From: Blasia pusilla
Taxonomy: Eukaryota
DNA: 64,000 nucleotides
NCBI GenBank assembly: GCA_050084515.1
Contig: CM114271.1
Location: forward strand, 13,764,001-13,828,000
Reading direction: 5' to 3'
The notes below the pieces were generated by a model. That model was given only the letters and a program-made list of their open reading frames with translations. It was not told where the DNA came from and searched no databases. Below, one piece after another: positions 1 through 11,532 of this stretch; positions within the stretch are counted from its first letter, which is position 1, and every line of letters starts with the position of its first letter. The position numbers were made by a program, and so were the translations under genes.

Positions 1-1658
1 ACGTTTGGCTATGCCCAAGACTTCCCTCAAAGAAAACTCTATTTTCGCATCCAAAATCCTATCCTCAAGAATCTCTTTTAAATTCGTTCTTGTCTCTATA
101 TCAAATTGCAACTTGTATGTAGGAGTCTTACACTTGGTCTTCTGGGAAGACCTCAATTCTTTCTCCTTCATTCCACCTTCTTTCATTTGAGAATCCATCA
201 TAGATTCAGATGTAGAAGGCCCTTCTTCTCTTGATGGTTGCGCCTCTGGTTGCCCTTTCCTTCTTACGGTCCTCGCTCTTCTTGCAGCTTCCTCGAGATC
301 AGCACCATCATTGTCGCATCTCCTCTTCTCCTCCACACTAGCATCTTGCCAACTCACATGTTTCTCTTGTGCTAGGTATGCTTTAACACATCCAACTTCC
401 ACTGGATCATCCCATCCAGTCAGATGACGGATAGTCTCTGCCCCTCGTATCATCACTTCTCGAGGAAATTGTAATGATTCACTTTTAGCTACAGATACAA
501 TAGGCACTTCTATTTTTTCTGCAAAGGTATCAGAATCTAATGCCGTAGTGGCAACTCCTACTTGACTTCTCACTAAGCCTTTCATTCCTCCTCTACCAAA
601 GTTGGTATTCAACAACATACCAGTCTGCGTTGAATGAATCTTCCCATCTTTGAAGTTTACTATTCCATTCCTAAGAGCTTCTGAAAACTCCTCACATTCT
701 CGACGTTGATGCTCAACACTATCACACCATATACATTTTCTCACAAAGTTCCTACTTATTGAAGGAGCACCAACACTAGGATTCCTATCAAGTTAAAGCT
801 CAGCCATTTCTACTCTCAATTCTCTCAAACCTTTCACCAACTCATCTATAGCAGGATCTTCAAGTTTTGTTGAAACGGGCTTAGGCAATGGATTTGAAAT
901 TGATACCTCCGACTTGAATAGTGCGGTTCTACCTCTACTTCGATTTTGCTTTGTAAGGATAGCAACAGCTTCTTCCACTTTCTTCCAATTAGTGCTAATA
1001 TCTCCTTCTTCGGTCTTGTCCGCCAACATTATGAAAATTTTGTCCTCCAAATTCTCGTCAGCCGCCTCAAGGAATAACTCAGTTTTCCTCAAGTCTAGAG
1101 TTGCTCTTTCGGAAGAAGAAAGCTGAAAAAACCGCTTCTCAAACTCACGCAATAATTCATTTGGAGTCATTCCCTTCCCTGGACGTTGCTTTGTCCATTT
1201 AAAAAACTCCTCTTAGTCACCCGATCCACATCATCATCGAAGAATTCTCTTTTAAGCAACTGCTCATACTCCTCCCACGAGGTTGAATTTTCTGCTCTCA
1301 ACTTCTTCACTTGACTACGAATCTCTTGTATTAGAGCTAACTCAAAACTTGACGCCATATCATCTTCGGGTACACGATTTACCTCCATCTCACAAACGTA
1401 CTCTCGAACATACTTGGTGATGTTTCTCCCATCAAATCTCCCCAATTTCTTTACAATCGCTTGAAGAGCCCTTGTTGATCTTTGCTCTCCTATGTGAACT
1501 CCTCCTTGTTGGCTCAACAATGTTGTCAAAGTTCATAGAAGATCCTCAGCTCCCTCAGTTCCCATTGATGAAGTACTACCAAAAGTAGTCATCTTGATTA
1601 GACTCCAACTTGCAAACACAATCTACCGTCTCAAAGATCTCTCAGTGGAAGCACCATT
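1..1658 (-). mobile_element. LTR retrotransposon (family C) internal region: frameshifted gag, running off the window start
   Basis: ORFs 1167..1529 and 793..1170 are gag-like (RFDGRNITKYVREY...). A CCHC knuckle CIWCDSVEHQRREC lies at ~695-737. A TGG-initiated PBS-like sequence (TGGTGCTTCCACTGAGAG, 1639-1656 minus) abuts the LTR end at 1659. Confidence 0.75.
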
Positions 1659-2413
1659 TGTCGTGTCGAGAGTCTTTCTTCGAGTAAGGGCATGCCTCCT
1701 AGCTGCGGCAGACGCGGTCGATGCAAGATGAACTCTCTGAGAAGATCTCCTTTTTCAATATAAAATTATTATGTATACTCTCCATTCTCTCACGATAGGT
1801 ATCACAAATGGAAGTGCCGAGTCGATCACTTCTTCGTAACATCGGATCCCAAAATTCCTAACTATAAAATCCCTATAAGCTATTTTACGCTTGTATACGA
1901 GGAAGATAGCACAAGTAGTATTAAACCCTACTTGATCCGGCTTATTAATGTCCATGGATTGCTATATAAGGACATATAAAGTACAATCCCATGTCCTTCC
2001 ATATGTGACGATAGGAAGGATCACCGGAGTTGGAGATTGAATGACCTAGTTCATGAACGCCTCCCCAAAGTGATAAACTAAATAGCGAGTGAACCAGTGT
2101 CTATCTACAAAGAGTATCTTGACATGGTATGGATTAAGGAAAGGAAAGTTGGGCACAACTCGTGCTCCACCCCTATCCATGCTTGACAGACATTCTCTAT
2201 TCTCCTCAAGAATGGATTTTGGCGGAGTTATTCTCCCAAGAGGGGTAATCCACTCTCATTGGGGAAGTAACAAGCCAAAACATTCACTATTTTTAACATG
2301 ATTAAACTCCTCTAAGGTGAAAAACCTCTCTTCTCCACACACACATACCACACTCTAGAAATCTCTCGAAGAATAGACCATGGTCAAGTTACTCTCCCAA
2401 AAGGGGTGATCCA

Positions 2414-2781
2414 TGTCATGACCATACAGATTATGTCGTAGAGTATAGTGTGCTAGTAGAAGCCATACCTTATGTAGGGCCGTGGTGGCTAGGTAGAGAT
2501 GCGGTTTCATACATAGGTTTGGGGGTTACTCAGTTGGGGGTGACTTTCCGAGTAGGGCCCGCTCTTAGGTTTGAGGATATAATGTGGAGTGCACCCAAAG
2601 AACAGTCAGTTCTTTGAGTTGAGCCTGTTGCGTTGGGAGTTAACCTTGGTAGTGAGTAGAGCTCTTGGCTATGGTGTTTCCTGCAAGCTTCGACCTAGAT
2701 TCTCCCATCGTGGAGTGGGTTTGGCTCGATTGTATGTGATTCTATATGTGTTTTATGATAGTAGGTCTTTCACGGATTTCA
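2414..2781 (+). repeat. 5' terminal repeat A1 (LTR-like, TG...CA)
   Basis: Matches 10068-10431 and 52734-53100 (reverse). TATAA at 2578-2582 and Inr-like TCAGT at 2606-2610. Confidence 0.9.
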
Positions 2782-2792
2782 CTCAAAGAACT
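2781..2792 (+). promoter_or_regulatory. Putative self-priming primer-binding site
   Basis: ACTCAAAGAACT is the exact reverse complement of 2608-2619 inside repeat A. There is no TGG-initiated tRNA PBS here. Confidence 0.7.
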
Positions 2793-2980
2793 TAAGTAGA
2801 TCGATGGTAGCTTCGATTGTGGATCAGTAGGATCTGGTTAAGGTTGATTGTATACTCAGTCGTGGATGTTTGTGGCTTGTGGCCTATGTTGGAGGTGTGA
2901 ATCTTGTGCGTGGTTGGTTGGGAAAGAAGCGCCTTGCTGAGAGCTTTCCAACGTGCTTTAGATCGCCGGATTTTAGGAAT

Positions 2981-3067
2981 GGAGATGAGGTAATGGCGGG
3001 GCTCTTAGGAATGGAGTCAATCAGAGGTTGACTCCATTTCTAAGAGCCCCGCCATTACCTCATCTCC
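2981..3067. repeat. 40-bp-arm inverted repeat (foldback), 7-nt loop
   Basis: 2981-3020 versus 3028-3067, one mismatch. Confidence 0.95.
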
Positions 3068-4629
3068 GTCCACTCAATTGCTTTGCGCAATCTCACCCAC
3101 GACCGTGCCCTAGCTTGACCTAATTCTAAGCAACTCTACAACCCAACGACTATGACCTAGCCCCAAGCCCCTAGCCGCCTTACTTTATAACCCCTCAATG
3201 ACTCCAAGACCTAAAAACTCCTTTCTCTCTACTTCTCCACATGCACCGTTCTCTTGTCGATGCTACACCTAATCTATACCCGAGTAGTGTCCCCAGCTAC
3301 ACCGCCACTGCCCTACGTTAGCCCACTACCAGCAAAACTTGTCTAAAAATGGGCAACGCTTCCGTTAACGACCCTCTGAAGGAAAAACAACAACACATAC
3401 GCTAACAAGTGTCTCCAAGGGCTCCCCACTATGGCAACTTGATTTTCTTCCTGCCCCCTCACATCTTTCTCATGTAAAATCCGAGTAAAAATAGCCACAC
3501 AACCAACTCCACTCTTGAATCTAGATCAGCACATCGAGCCACATTCACCCTCCACTATGAGGGAATCCTGACGCTACCACCCTAGTCCCTGACGTTGACC
3601 CTCTATGTCGTCGACGCTGTAGAACTCTACTTGTCGGCTAACTAAGATGTGACAAGTCAGTAAGAAAAGTGGAAATCCAGATTGATATATGAATTATGAA
3701 TGAATATCAATAGAAGAATTAACTTGCATGTAGAAAAAGGATAGAGCAACAATTTCACTTTCTAAAATATATTGCAGCAAGAAGTGTTATCTAAATGTAT
3801 GTGAAGAGTACAAGTAAAATGCTCATGTTCAACCAATCGATTTACTGGAAAATGCCCTAGAGTATATCTAGAAGCAAAAGCATACATGATTTTTTCTATT
3901 GAAATATAAAATGTGGTACCAAAGACTTGCGTAGCGATAGAAACAAATTGATCCCAAAAGTGTTGAAACAAATAGTAGGAAGACGCAAGTACTATGAAAA
4001 AGGGTGGTTGGTTAACATGGTGAGAAAATAACTTGAAAAGCAACTTAAGTGCTGAGTTCTTAACTATGCCAGTGTACACACTGGTGTAGCTCATTTGGTG
4101 TTGTTCGAAGAGGTGTTAGGCGCTTTATGCATCTGAGGTTTTTGGTTGATGGACCTCTAGCGCATAGTACGGTGTAGCCTCTCCATGCTGGTGATATTTT
4201 CAGGTACTGCGAGTCCGACTAGCACGTCATCGACCCGCGGCGGAGTAGCTATTGCGTTAGAATTGTGTGGTGGGTTTTGTGGATTCAGGGGGCGCCACGT
4301 TTGGTGGATTGTGTTACCTTGATTTCCATTTGCGATTGGAGGATTGTCGTTGGACTTCCTGTGTTTGGATCCCCTCCATCGTTGCTTCTTGCTTGCGCGC
4401 CCATTGTTAGGGTTGACGCTGATTTCCAGAGTAGTGTTATTCCTGTATGCTACCGGTAGTGAGGCTGGAGTGATGACCAGTAGACCGTGGGAGGCTTCTT
4501 GTGGTGATGACATGTTAGGTTTCCTACACCCATAGCTAGTAGAGCTAGAATAGTACAGCGACATCGACATCGACGTCACTTCGTTACTTAGTGGTGGTAA
4601 TTTGGTGGTGGTGCGGCATCGGCGTTGGT

Positions 4630-4690
4630 CATCACGGAGTTGTCGGGTGGTCATCACAGAGTTGTCGGGTCGTCATCACGGAGTTGTCGG
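4630..4690 (+). repeat. Three ~22-bp tandem repeats at a rearrangement junction
   Basis: (T)CATCAC(G/A)GAGTTGTCGG x3, immediately before homology to copy 2 resumes. Confidence 0.8.
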
Positions 4691-4890
4691 ATGGCAACTT
4701 CAGTGTTGGGATCCCCATTGTTTTCAGCCACGGAGCTGATGGCTTTAGGAGTTAACTTAGCTCCTGTATTTCAGCTAGCAGCCACGTTGTGTGAATGTGG
4801 GGGTGTTACTGCTACACGTGTTGAGGTGGATGAGGGTGTTGCGGTGGAGCGACCCTCTATGTCAGGTGTAGCATTAAGTACCAGTGCTAC

Positions 4891-5391
4891 TTGGCAAAGC
4901 AAAGCGTGGCGAAGATGGATGCATTACCAGCCCGGCCAGCCATTGATCGCGAAAGGCTTACACCTGGTGTATGTATGTTGGACAACCGGAGTGGGATATT
5001 CCGATTGGTAAGTCCTACAGGACACGTGTATAGACCAGATAGAGTCTTTTTAGACTCTGATGCCCAACCTTTGATGTTGGGAAAGGCGGCATGTATTGGT
5101 TTGGGTATTTGGAGGTCAGAGATTGAGCCTTGCCCATTCCAGATTCAAACATCACTTGGAGGAGCCAATGATAGGTCTCAATTCATGACACGTGAGAAGT
5201 TTTTTGTACAGTTGAGACGAGATCATGCGACTGATAGCTCCCGGTTGGGAGTATCTGCAATGGTCACATCAGCCGAGTCGTATGATGTACTAGTTGGAGG
5301 AGCAGTATTGTATCCGATGGGTTTCAGATGGATTACTGGACTGAGACATCGTCTTATAGACCTGGTTGGCAGTCCGGGGATGGACGTATGA
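4891..5391 (+). pseudogene. Retroviral-type aspartic protease region of pol
   Basis: RVFLDSDAQ (LDSGA in copy 2) and YDVLVGGAVL. Confidence 0.8.
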
Positions 5392-5619
5392 GCCAAGTTC
5401 CTGTGAGATTTATTTATGGGGCTCGATCAGGAGGGTCTTTCCCAACAGTGTTAGCATCTGTGGCTGGTTTTAGTGGAATAGTCACTTGGCCAGGAGACTT
5501 TTTGGAGGGTAATGTTTCTGCTATGGATTCTCCTGAGGAGGTAGAGGAGGTCCTTATTTTTGCAGCAGTGGCATCCTCATCGTTGGATGTGCCACTTTGG
5601 AGTTCAGGCGATGCACTCA

Positions 5620-6450
5620 GGCGATATCCTGAGTTGTTTCCGCCATCAGCTATTCGTGGGTACCAACGTGCTTTGCTGTCACACATTGCATTGTTGGGGG
5701 CGCAGGACCTTCAGAGGGTTGGTCCTGTGGATTTGGTGATTGCAGGATGGCCATGTCAAGATCATACACGTGCTGGTCGTGGTGAGGGATTACACAACCC
5801 TAGGTCTCGATTGTTTTGGGAGATGTTACGGGTGTTACGACATCTTCAGATTCATCAGGCACGTGCTCCAGCTTACATTCTGGAGAATGTTCCATTGTTG
5901 GATGACACTCGGACCCGGATGATGGCGAGTGTTCATGAGGTGCGGTCTTGGATTGGACCAGCAGTGTTGTTGGATGCAGCGCGAGTTGGCTCGCGTGCAC
6001 ATCGTCCACGCTTGTGGTGGACAAACTTGTTACCTAGGGAGGTTCTACGTCGAGCATATGATGCAGTGCAGCGGGATCCTTGCCTTACAGTGGATAGTAT
6101 CTTGGATACTGGGTGACTTTCTCAGGTGGTGAGGGTTATTGATCAGTCACCCATGGCATTGGTGAACCGTGTGGGCCAACCTAGGATAGCACTACCCGTA
6201 TTTGTGAGTTTTGCCTCGTCACATGCCTACAGGGAAGGTGGTCCCGGGCTTGTATGGGATTCTCATGTGCGACAATTGGTGGAGCCTAACGCTGATGAGA
6301 GAGAGCGTGCGATGGGATTTGCTACTAGTGTGACAGCGGTTGCTTTCATTTCTGAGGCTTCACAACGTCATGTGTTGGGTCAGGCCATGGACCTGAATTG
6401 TTTAACTTGGATTTTGAGTCTTGGTATGGCCGAGCAGCGTCGACTTCGGA
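5620..6450 (+). pseudogene. DNMT3-like C5 cytosine methyltransferase domain in pol (motif I deleted, one internal stop)
   Basis: DLVIAGWPCQ (motif IV), YILENVP (VI), AHRPRLWWTNLLP (VIII), ERERAMGF (IX), RHVLGQAM (X). Confidence 0.9.
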
Positions 6451-6699
6451 CTATCTTTGTGGGTATTCCACCCCTTTTAATGAGCTCGATGGCTACCGGG
6501 ACGGTAGAGGCATCGGCTGGGGGCGAGGAGAGTAGTATTTTGCATCCTTGGAGTAAATGGGATGTTATGGTTGGGCATGTGGAGTTGGTTGCTCATGTTG
6601 GTGGAGGAGTTATTTGCTCAGATGATGGTGTAGCTAAGGGTGTACCATCTCGTGAGGGGGTTGCGTAGCAACCAATGGCATAGTCCTCTCCCTCTAGTG

Positions 6700-8243
6700 T
6701 GCCAGTGGAGGAGACTTGGGAGCCATTATTTGGGCCCAAGCTTACGAGAGGTCAGAAATGACGCTTGACACAGTTCCTACATGCTTATAGGAGTTGTTTT
6801 GCCTTTACCATGAAGGAGTTGGGTGCTCTGGTTGGACCTGGTATACGGATTGATTTGGCTAGTGATACGCCAATCTTCCGTCGTCCCTACCGATAAAGTG
6901 ATATGGAGAGGGACCTGATTCAAAGTAGGACATTGGACCTTTTGGAGGCTGGATTAGTGGAGTTGTCGCATGGAGAGTATGCATCAGCCATTGTCATGCC
7001 TGCTAAAAAGGATATGCATGACAACTACACGGATAGGCGGATGTGTGGAGATTACCATCCTATCAATTGACAAACCAAGGCCGATAGGTATGCCATGCCT
7101 ACACCTGAGGAGATCTTTGATGTGGTGGGACAGGCAAAGATTTTCACTACTTTGGATCTTCGGGTAGGATACCATCAATTGCCGATTCGGGAGAGTGACA
7201 AGGCCAAGACAACATTTTGGGGTGTCAACTCTCATGGCAAGGATTGTTTGTACCAGTGGAAATTCTTACCCTTTGGGTTGAAGAATGCACCTGCCGAGTT
7301 TTAGAGTGATGGGCGGGATCCTAGCAGGTTGGATTTTGTTCGGTGTTACATTGATGATATCTTGGTGTTCAGTAACACGGTGGAGGAGCATCAGATACAT
7401 TTGCAGATGGTGTTTGAGCGGTTGAAAGCTCATGGTCTACGTTTGCATCCAGGAAAGTGTAAGTTCTTCCATGAGGATATTGAGTACTTGGGTCACGTGA
7501 TCTATCCAGGTGGTTTGGGAGTTCTGCAAGCAAAGGTGGAGGCTATTGCACTTATTCCGCGTCTGGTAGATGTGAGTAGAGTTCGGGCATTCATGGGATT
7601 GGCGAACTACTATCGGAGGTATGTGAAGGGATTTAGTGCTATGGCAAAGCCTTTGAACTAATTGCTCAAATCAGATCAAGAGTGGCACTGGGGAGATGAT
7701 CAGGAGAGAGCTTTTGTGGACCTTAAGGCCCAGTTGGTGGCGGCGCCTATCTTGAGGAGACCTATCAGAGGGCGCCCATTTCAGTTACACACTGATTGGA
7801 GTAGGTTGGGACTTGGAGTGGTGTTGACACAACATGATGATGAGCACATGGAGTTTGTGGTGGCCTATGCAAGTCGTTCGAATAATGGAGCGGAGTAGCG
7901 CTATAGTTCATATGAGGGAGAGTGCTTGGCACTAGTGTGGGCTGTGGCACACTTTAGGTGTTACTTGTTTGGCACACATTTTACCCTTGTTTCTGATCAC
8001 CAGCCGCTCAAGTGGTTGATGGAGTCTGACAAGCTTACAGGGAAGCTTGCACGGTGGGCTCTTATCTTACAGGAGTATGACTTCCAGGTGGTACATAGAC
8101 CTGGAGTTGCCAATATTGATGGTGATGGGCTGAGTAGGAACCCATGTACTAGCCAAGAGGATGCAATTGGGGCTAGATGGCATGGCGAGGTTGCTGAGGA
8201 GATGGTGCCAGGTTGGCATGCATCCGTCTTTTATGTTGGTTAG
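6700..8243 (+). pseudogene. Reverse transcriptase and RNase H (fragmented)
   Basis: LDLRVGYHQ, PFGLKNAP, CYIDDILVFS, FQLHTDWS, SDHQPLKWL. Confidence 0.92.
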
Positions 8244-9787
8244 GGGTGGACTCTAGTATGGAGGACCACATGACATCTTACTCTAGTCAGAGGGTAGATG
8301 GCAAGCCTTCAGATTCTAAGGTTGGAGATGGTGGTACAGATCAGCATGATATTCATGATGATGCGTTGGTGTTGGAGTTCCTACGGACCAGTAGGGTGCC
8401 AAGCATAGTGAGTGCCAAGGAGCGAGACCGTGTTCTTCAACGTGCTAAGAGGTATCGATTGGAGGGAACACATATTCTCCGTGTGTGGGAGGATGGTAGA
8501 GTACGAGTAGTGCCGCATTTGGCTTAGAGAGAGCGCATTGTGCGACATGCCCATGAAGAGTTGGGGCATTTTGGGGTAAAGCGTACGTATAGCTTACTCC
8601 TTGGTCAATATTGGTGGCGTGGCATGCATACTCAGGTGCAACAGTTGGTGTCACGTTGTATGGTTTGTGACCGGGTGAGGGCATCATTCAATGCCCCTAC
8701 ACCACAATTACACCCCTTGCCTATTATGGGGTTGGGTTACCGTTGGAGTGTGGACTTTGCGGAACCGTTACCATTGACTGTACGACATCATCGATATGTG
8801 TTGGTGATGGTGGAGCACTTCTCCAAGTGGATTGAGTTGGTGGTTACCTGACAAGGCAAGTGAGGGAACGGCGTACGCGTTTCTTGATAGAGTGCTTAGT
8901 CATTTTGGTGCACCAACTGAAGTGTTGAACGACCAGGGTACAGAGTTTCAAGGTGAGTTTCAGGTCTTGTGTGACAAGGCGTTGATTGATCATCGGACCA
9001 CGTCTCGAGATTGTCTAGAGGCGGATGGTTTGGCTGAGCGTGTGGTTCAGATGGTGAAGAGAGCATTGCGCAAGTATGACCTACAGAAGGGGCATCTTGG
9101 AGACTAGGATATTTAGTTGCCATGGTGAGCCATGGGGTATAGGTTCAGTTGCCAAGCATCCTTGGCTTCCTTCTCACCTTATTTTCTGTTATACTGCCGA
9201 GATCCAGACTTGCTAGCATCAATTCGTCGGGAGTCTAGTAAGGTGGTGAACCTTGATGACCCAGAGATGTGGATGAGGGTGTGTTCTCAGCGGGCAGAGC
9301 TCTTTCAGAGAGTTATGCCGACAGCCTTTGAGAATCTTGCCATTGCTCAACATAGAGATACGTTGCCGTATGCAACAATTTGGGTGGAGGTTATCGACCA
9401 TCGATTCGTAGGTTCCATGTGGGGGACTATGACTATTTGCAGCAGATTGCACCGACAACCTTGGATGTGACGGTAGGCCGCACTATTTTACGAGTGCGCG
9501 AGATGTTAGCTTCTAGAGTTCTCATGTTGGAGGGTCGTGATGGAGTTGTTTGGAAGGACCATGTGCGTAATTTTGCGCCATGTCATCTTCCAAATGTGGA
9601 TGGTACCGTTGACCCAAGCTTAGCCATGATACTTGCTAGCTTGAGGTACATGTTGTGTGGGTTTGCTGGTAACGCAGCCCGTATGTTGGTGTGTGATCGG
9701 TGTTCTAGGGGTTGGCACATGATGTGTTTGACTCCACGTATGGATGTTGTTCCTACTGGAAGGTGGGTTTGTCCTCGATGTATTTAG
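8213..9787 (+). pseudogene. Integrase (HHCC, DDE core) with C-terminal PHD finger (fragmented)
   Basis: HEELGH...CMVC; SVDFA; NDQGTEF; GLAERVVQ; C-terminal (Y)MLC...CDRC...H..C...WVCPRC. Confidence 0.9.
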
Positions 9788-9959
9788 GAGAGGTAGATGA
9801 CTTGATCTTTGCATGATATGGATTACAGATGTGGGACTAATGATGGGGCAACCTAGCACCCGGCCTTCTGATTCGTGCACCCACGAAGGTGTATAGCATG
9901 TAGTAGATGTATAGGGCTACTTGGGAGTTAGAGGGACCTAACCGCCAGCTAGGGGGGTG

Positions 9960-10537
9960 AGTTGTGGTACACTTGTGTTTGTGGATGCTCTCGTCTATGT
10001 TATGTATGTATGTGAGTATGGTTTTCATCGATGTATGTTGTATGACGATGTGGATTTGTACGACAGTTGTCATGACCATACGGATTATGTCGTAGATTAT
10101 AGTGTGCTAGTAGAGGCCATTCCTTATGTAGGACCGTAGTGGCTAGATAGAGATGCGGTTTCATTCATAGGGTTGGGGGTTACTCAGTTGGGGGTGACTT
10201 TCCCAATAGGCCCGCTCTTAGTTTGGAGGATATAGTGAGGAGACCCAAAGAACAGTCAGTTCATTGAGTTGAGCCTCTTGCGTTGGGAGTTAGCCTTTGT
10301 AGTGAGTAGAGCTCTTGGCTATGGTGTTTCCCGCAAGCTTCGACCTAGATTCTCCCATCGTGGAGTGGGTTTGGCTCGATTGTATGTGATTGTATACGTG
10401 TTTTATGACAATAGGTCTTTCACGGATTTTAGTTGTGGTACACTTATGTTTGTGGATGCTCTCGTCTATGTTATATATGTATGTGAGTATGGTATGTCAG
10501 CGATGTATGTTTTATGACGATGTGGGTCCGCACGACA
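9960..10537 (+). repeat. 3' split repeats B1 (9960-10065), A2 (10068-10431), B2 (10431-10537)
   Basis: B1 and B2 are direct ~106-bp copies. A2 matches A1. Confidence 0.9.
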
Positions 10538-11059
10538 TCCACTCTCATTGGAAGAGCAAGCAATCCCAAAGTCATACACTCAAGAGTGACACGAAAGACT
10601 CAAGATGTGGAATAGAAGGTGATGAACCCTTGAAGGTCCCTCCTCTTTATATACTCATAAGAGACCCACAAGAGTACGAAATAGAGCTAATCTTATCTTG
10701 TGCCACATGGCTTCCTCTCAAGGCTTAGCCAATCACATTTTGACACAAGTAGATTTCCTCTTATCTCCTCCAAAATATCCTCTTTTATCCACTTGATATT
10801 TTCCAAATTACCCCAACTAACCTAGCCACCAACCAAGCCTACTTTTGCTTTTCATTAAAGCACCAACCTCACTACTTTACTTTTATAAAGTCAACTTTTA
10901 TTTATTACCTCTTTTCTAAAGTTAGGCCCGCATAAAAGAGGTACCATAAAGAGGTTTAAATATGAGAATTTCCTTTTCCTAAGCTAATTTACTTAATACT
11001 AATAAAACTCTATCTAACACTTAACGAGGAAGGAGTTTACACACTGGCTGATTTTACTA

Positions 11060-11215
11060 TACGACACCGTGATCGATCATGTTAAAAGTAGGTTGGCTCT
11101 CGAAAAGAAGGATCCCGACAAGCCGGAGGCAGTGGCGTTGTTGAGGCAAGTCTTGAATGATTGGGTTGCTAAGTACCGCATGGAGAAGTCAATGGCAAGA
11201 AATCCGTCCTTCAGC
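11060..11215 (+). pseudogene. PSB27: Fragment of photosystem II assembly/repair protein Psb27
   Basis: DTVIDHVKSRLALEKKDPDKPEAVALLRQVLNDWVAKYRMEKSMARNPSF resembles the plant Psb27 core (L...DP...AVA.LR...N.WVAKYR.EK.....SF). No N- or C-terminus present. Confidence 0.8.
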
Positions 11216-11532
11216 ATAGAGTGGATACTAGATAGTCATGGATCCAAACTTGTGTTTATGTCATGGATGACAAGAAGGTGACTAACGATGGGGCCACATG
11301 AGCATCCAACCTTTTTTCTCTTAGAATCCTAAATATGTGTATCTTGGTAGATAGGGATTGATGGCTATCTAGAGTTAGAAGGACCTAATCACCACCTAGG
11401 GGGGCAATTGGAGATATTTTGGTACTCGATCGTCTTGATGTTTAGATGCCATTAATTAGTATGGTATATTGTGTGTTTTTGTGTGTATTTAGTGACAACA
11501 ATGTATGTTGTGTAACAATGTGTACGCACACA
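11216..11532 (+). mobile_element. 3' UTR, PPT and B-repeat fragment of family B retroelement
   Basis: Similar to the reverse complements of 17560-17750 and 16834-16964. PPT TAGGGGGG at ~11397-11404. Confidence 0.75.

Larger units (their letters stand above)
2414..10537 (+). mobile_element. Ty3/Gypsy-like retrotransposon with DNMT and PHD domains (family A, copy 1), degenerate, gag replaced
   Basis: TGTCA...CGACA termini with TSD TCCA (2410-2413 / 10538-10541). Domain order PR-DNMT-RT-RNaseH-IN-PHD. PPT AGGGGGG at 9951-9957. Confidence 0.92.
1659..11043 (-). repeat. 5' LTR of family C element (1659-2413 plus ~10542-11043), split by the DNMT-Gypsy insertion
   Basis: Ends ...CACGACA next to the PBS. 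The LTR motif GGGGT(A/G)ATCCACTCTCATTGG (intact at ~2242-2262) is split at 2413/10538. A homologous LTR piece lies at 56667-57289. The far boundary is approximate. Confidence 0.65.

Noticed and set aside
1755-2795. Short ORFs repeated between copies (1755..1955, 2089..2301, 2589..2795)
   Set aside because: They lie within LTR sequence; the recurrence reflects repeat identity, not coding.
5328-6668. Host DNMT3 gene or a bacterial restriction-modification methylase
   Set aside because: Intronless, embedded in pol between PR and RT in several copies, with no neighbouring restriction enzyme or prokaryotic context.
2414-10537. DIRS/PAT/Ngaro tyrosine-recombinase element
   Set aside because: It has a DDE integrase, an aspartic protease, a PPT and a TSD, and no YR motif was seen. 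Only the repeat layout resembles those elements.
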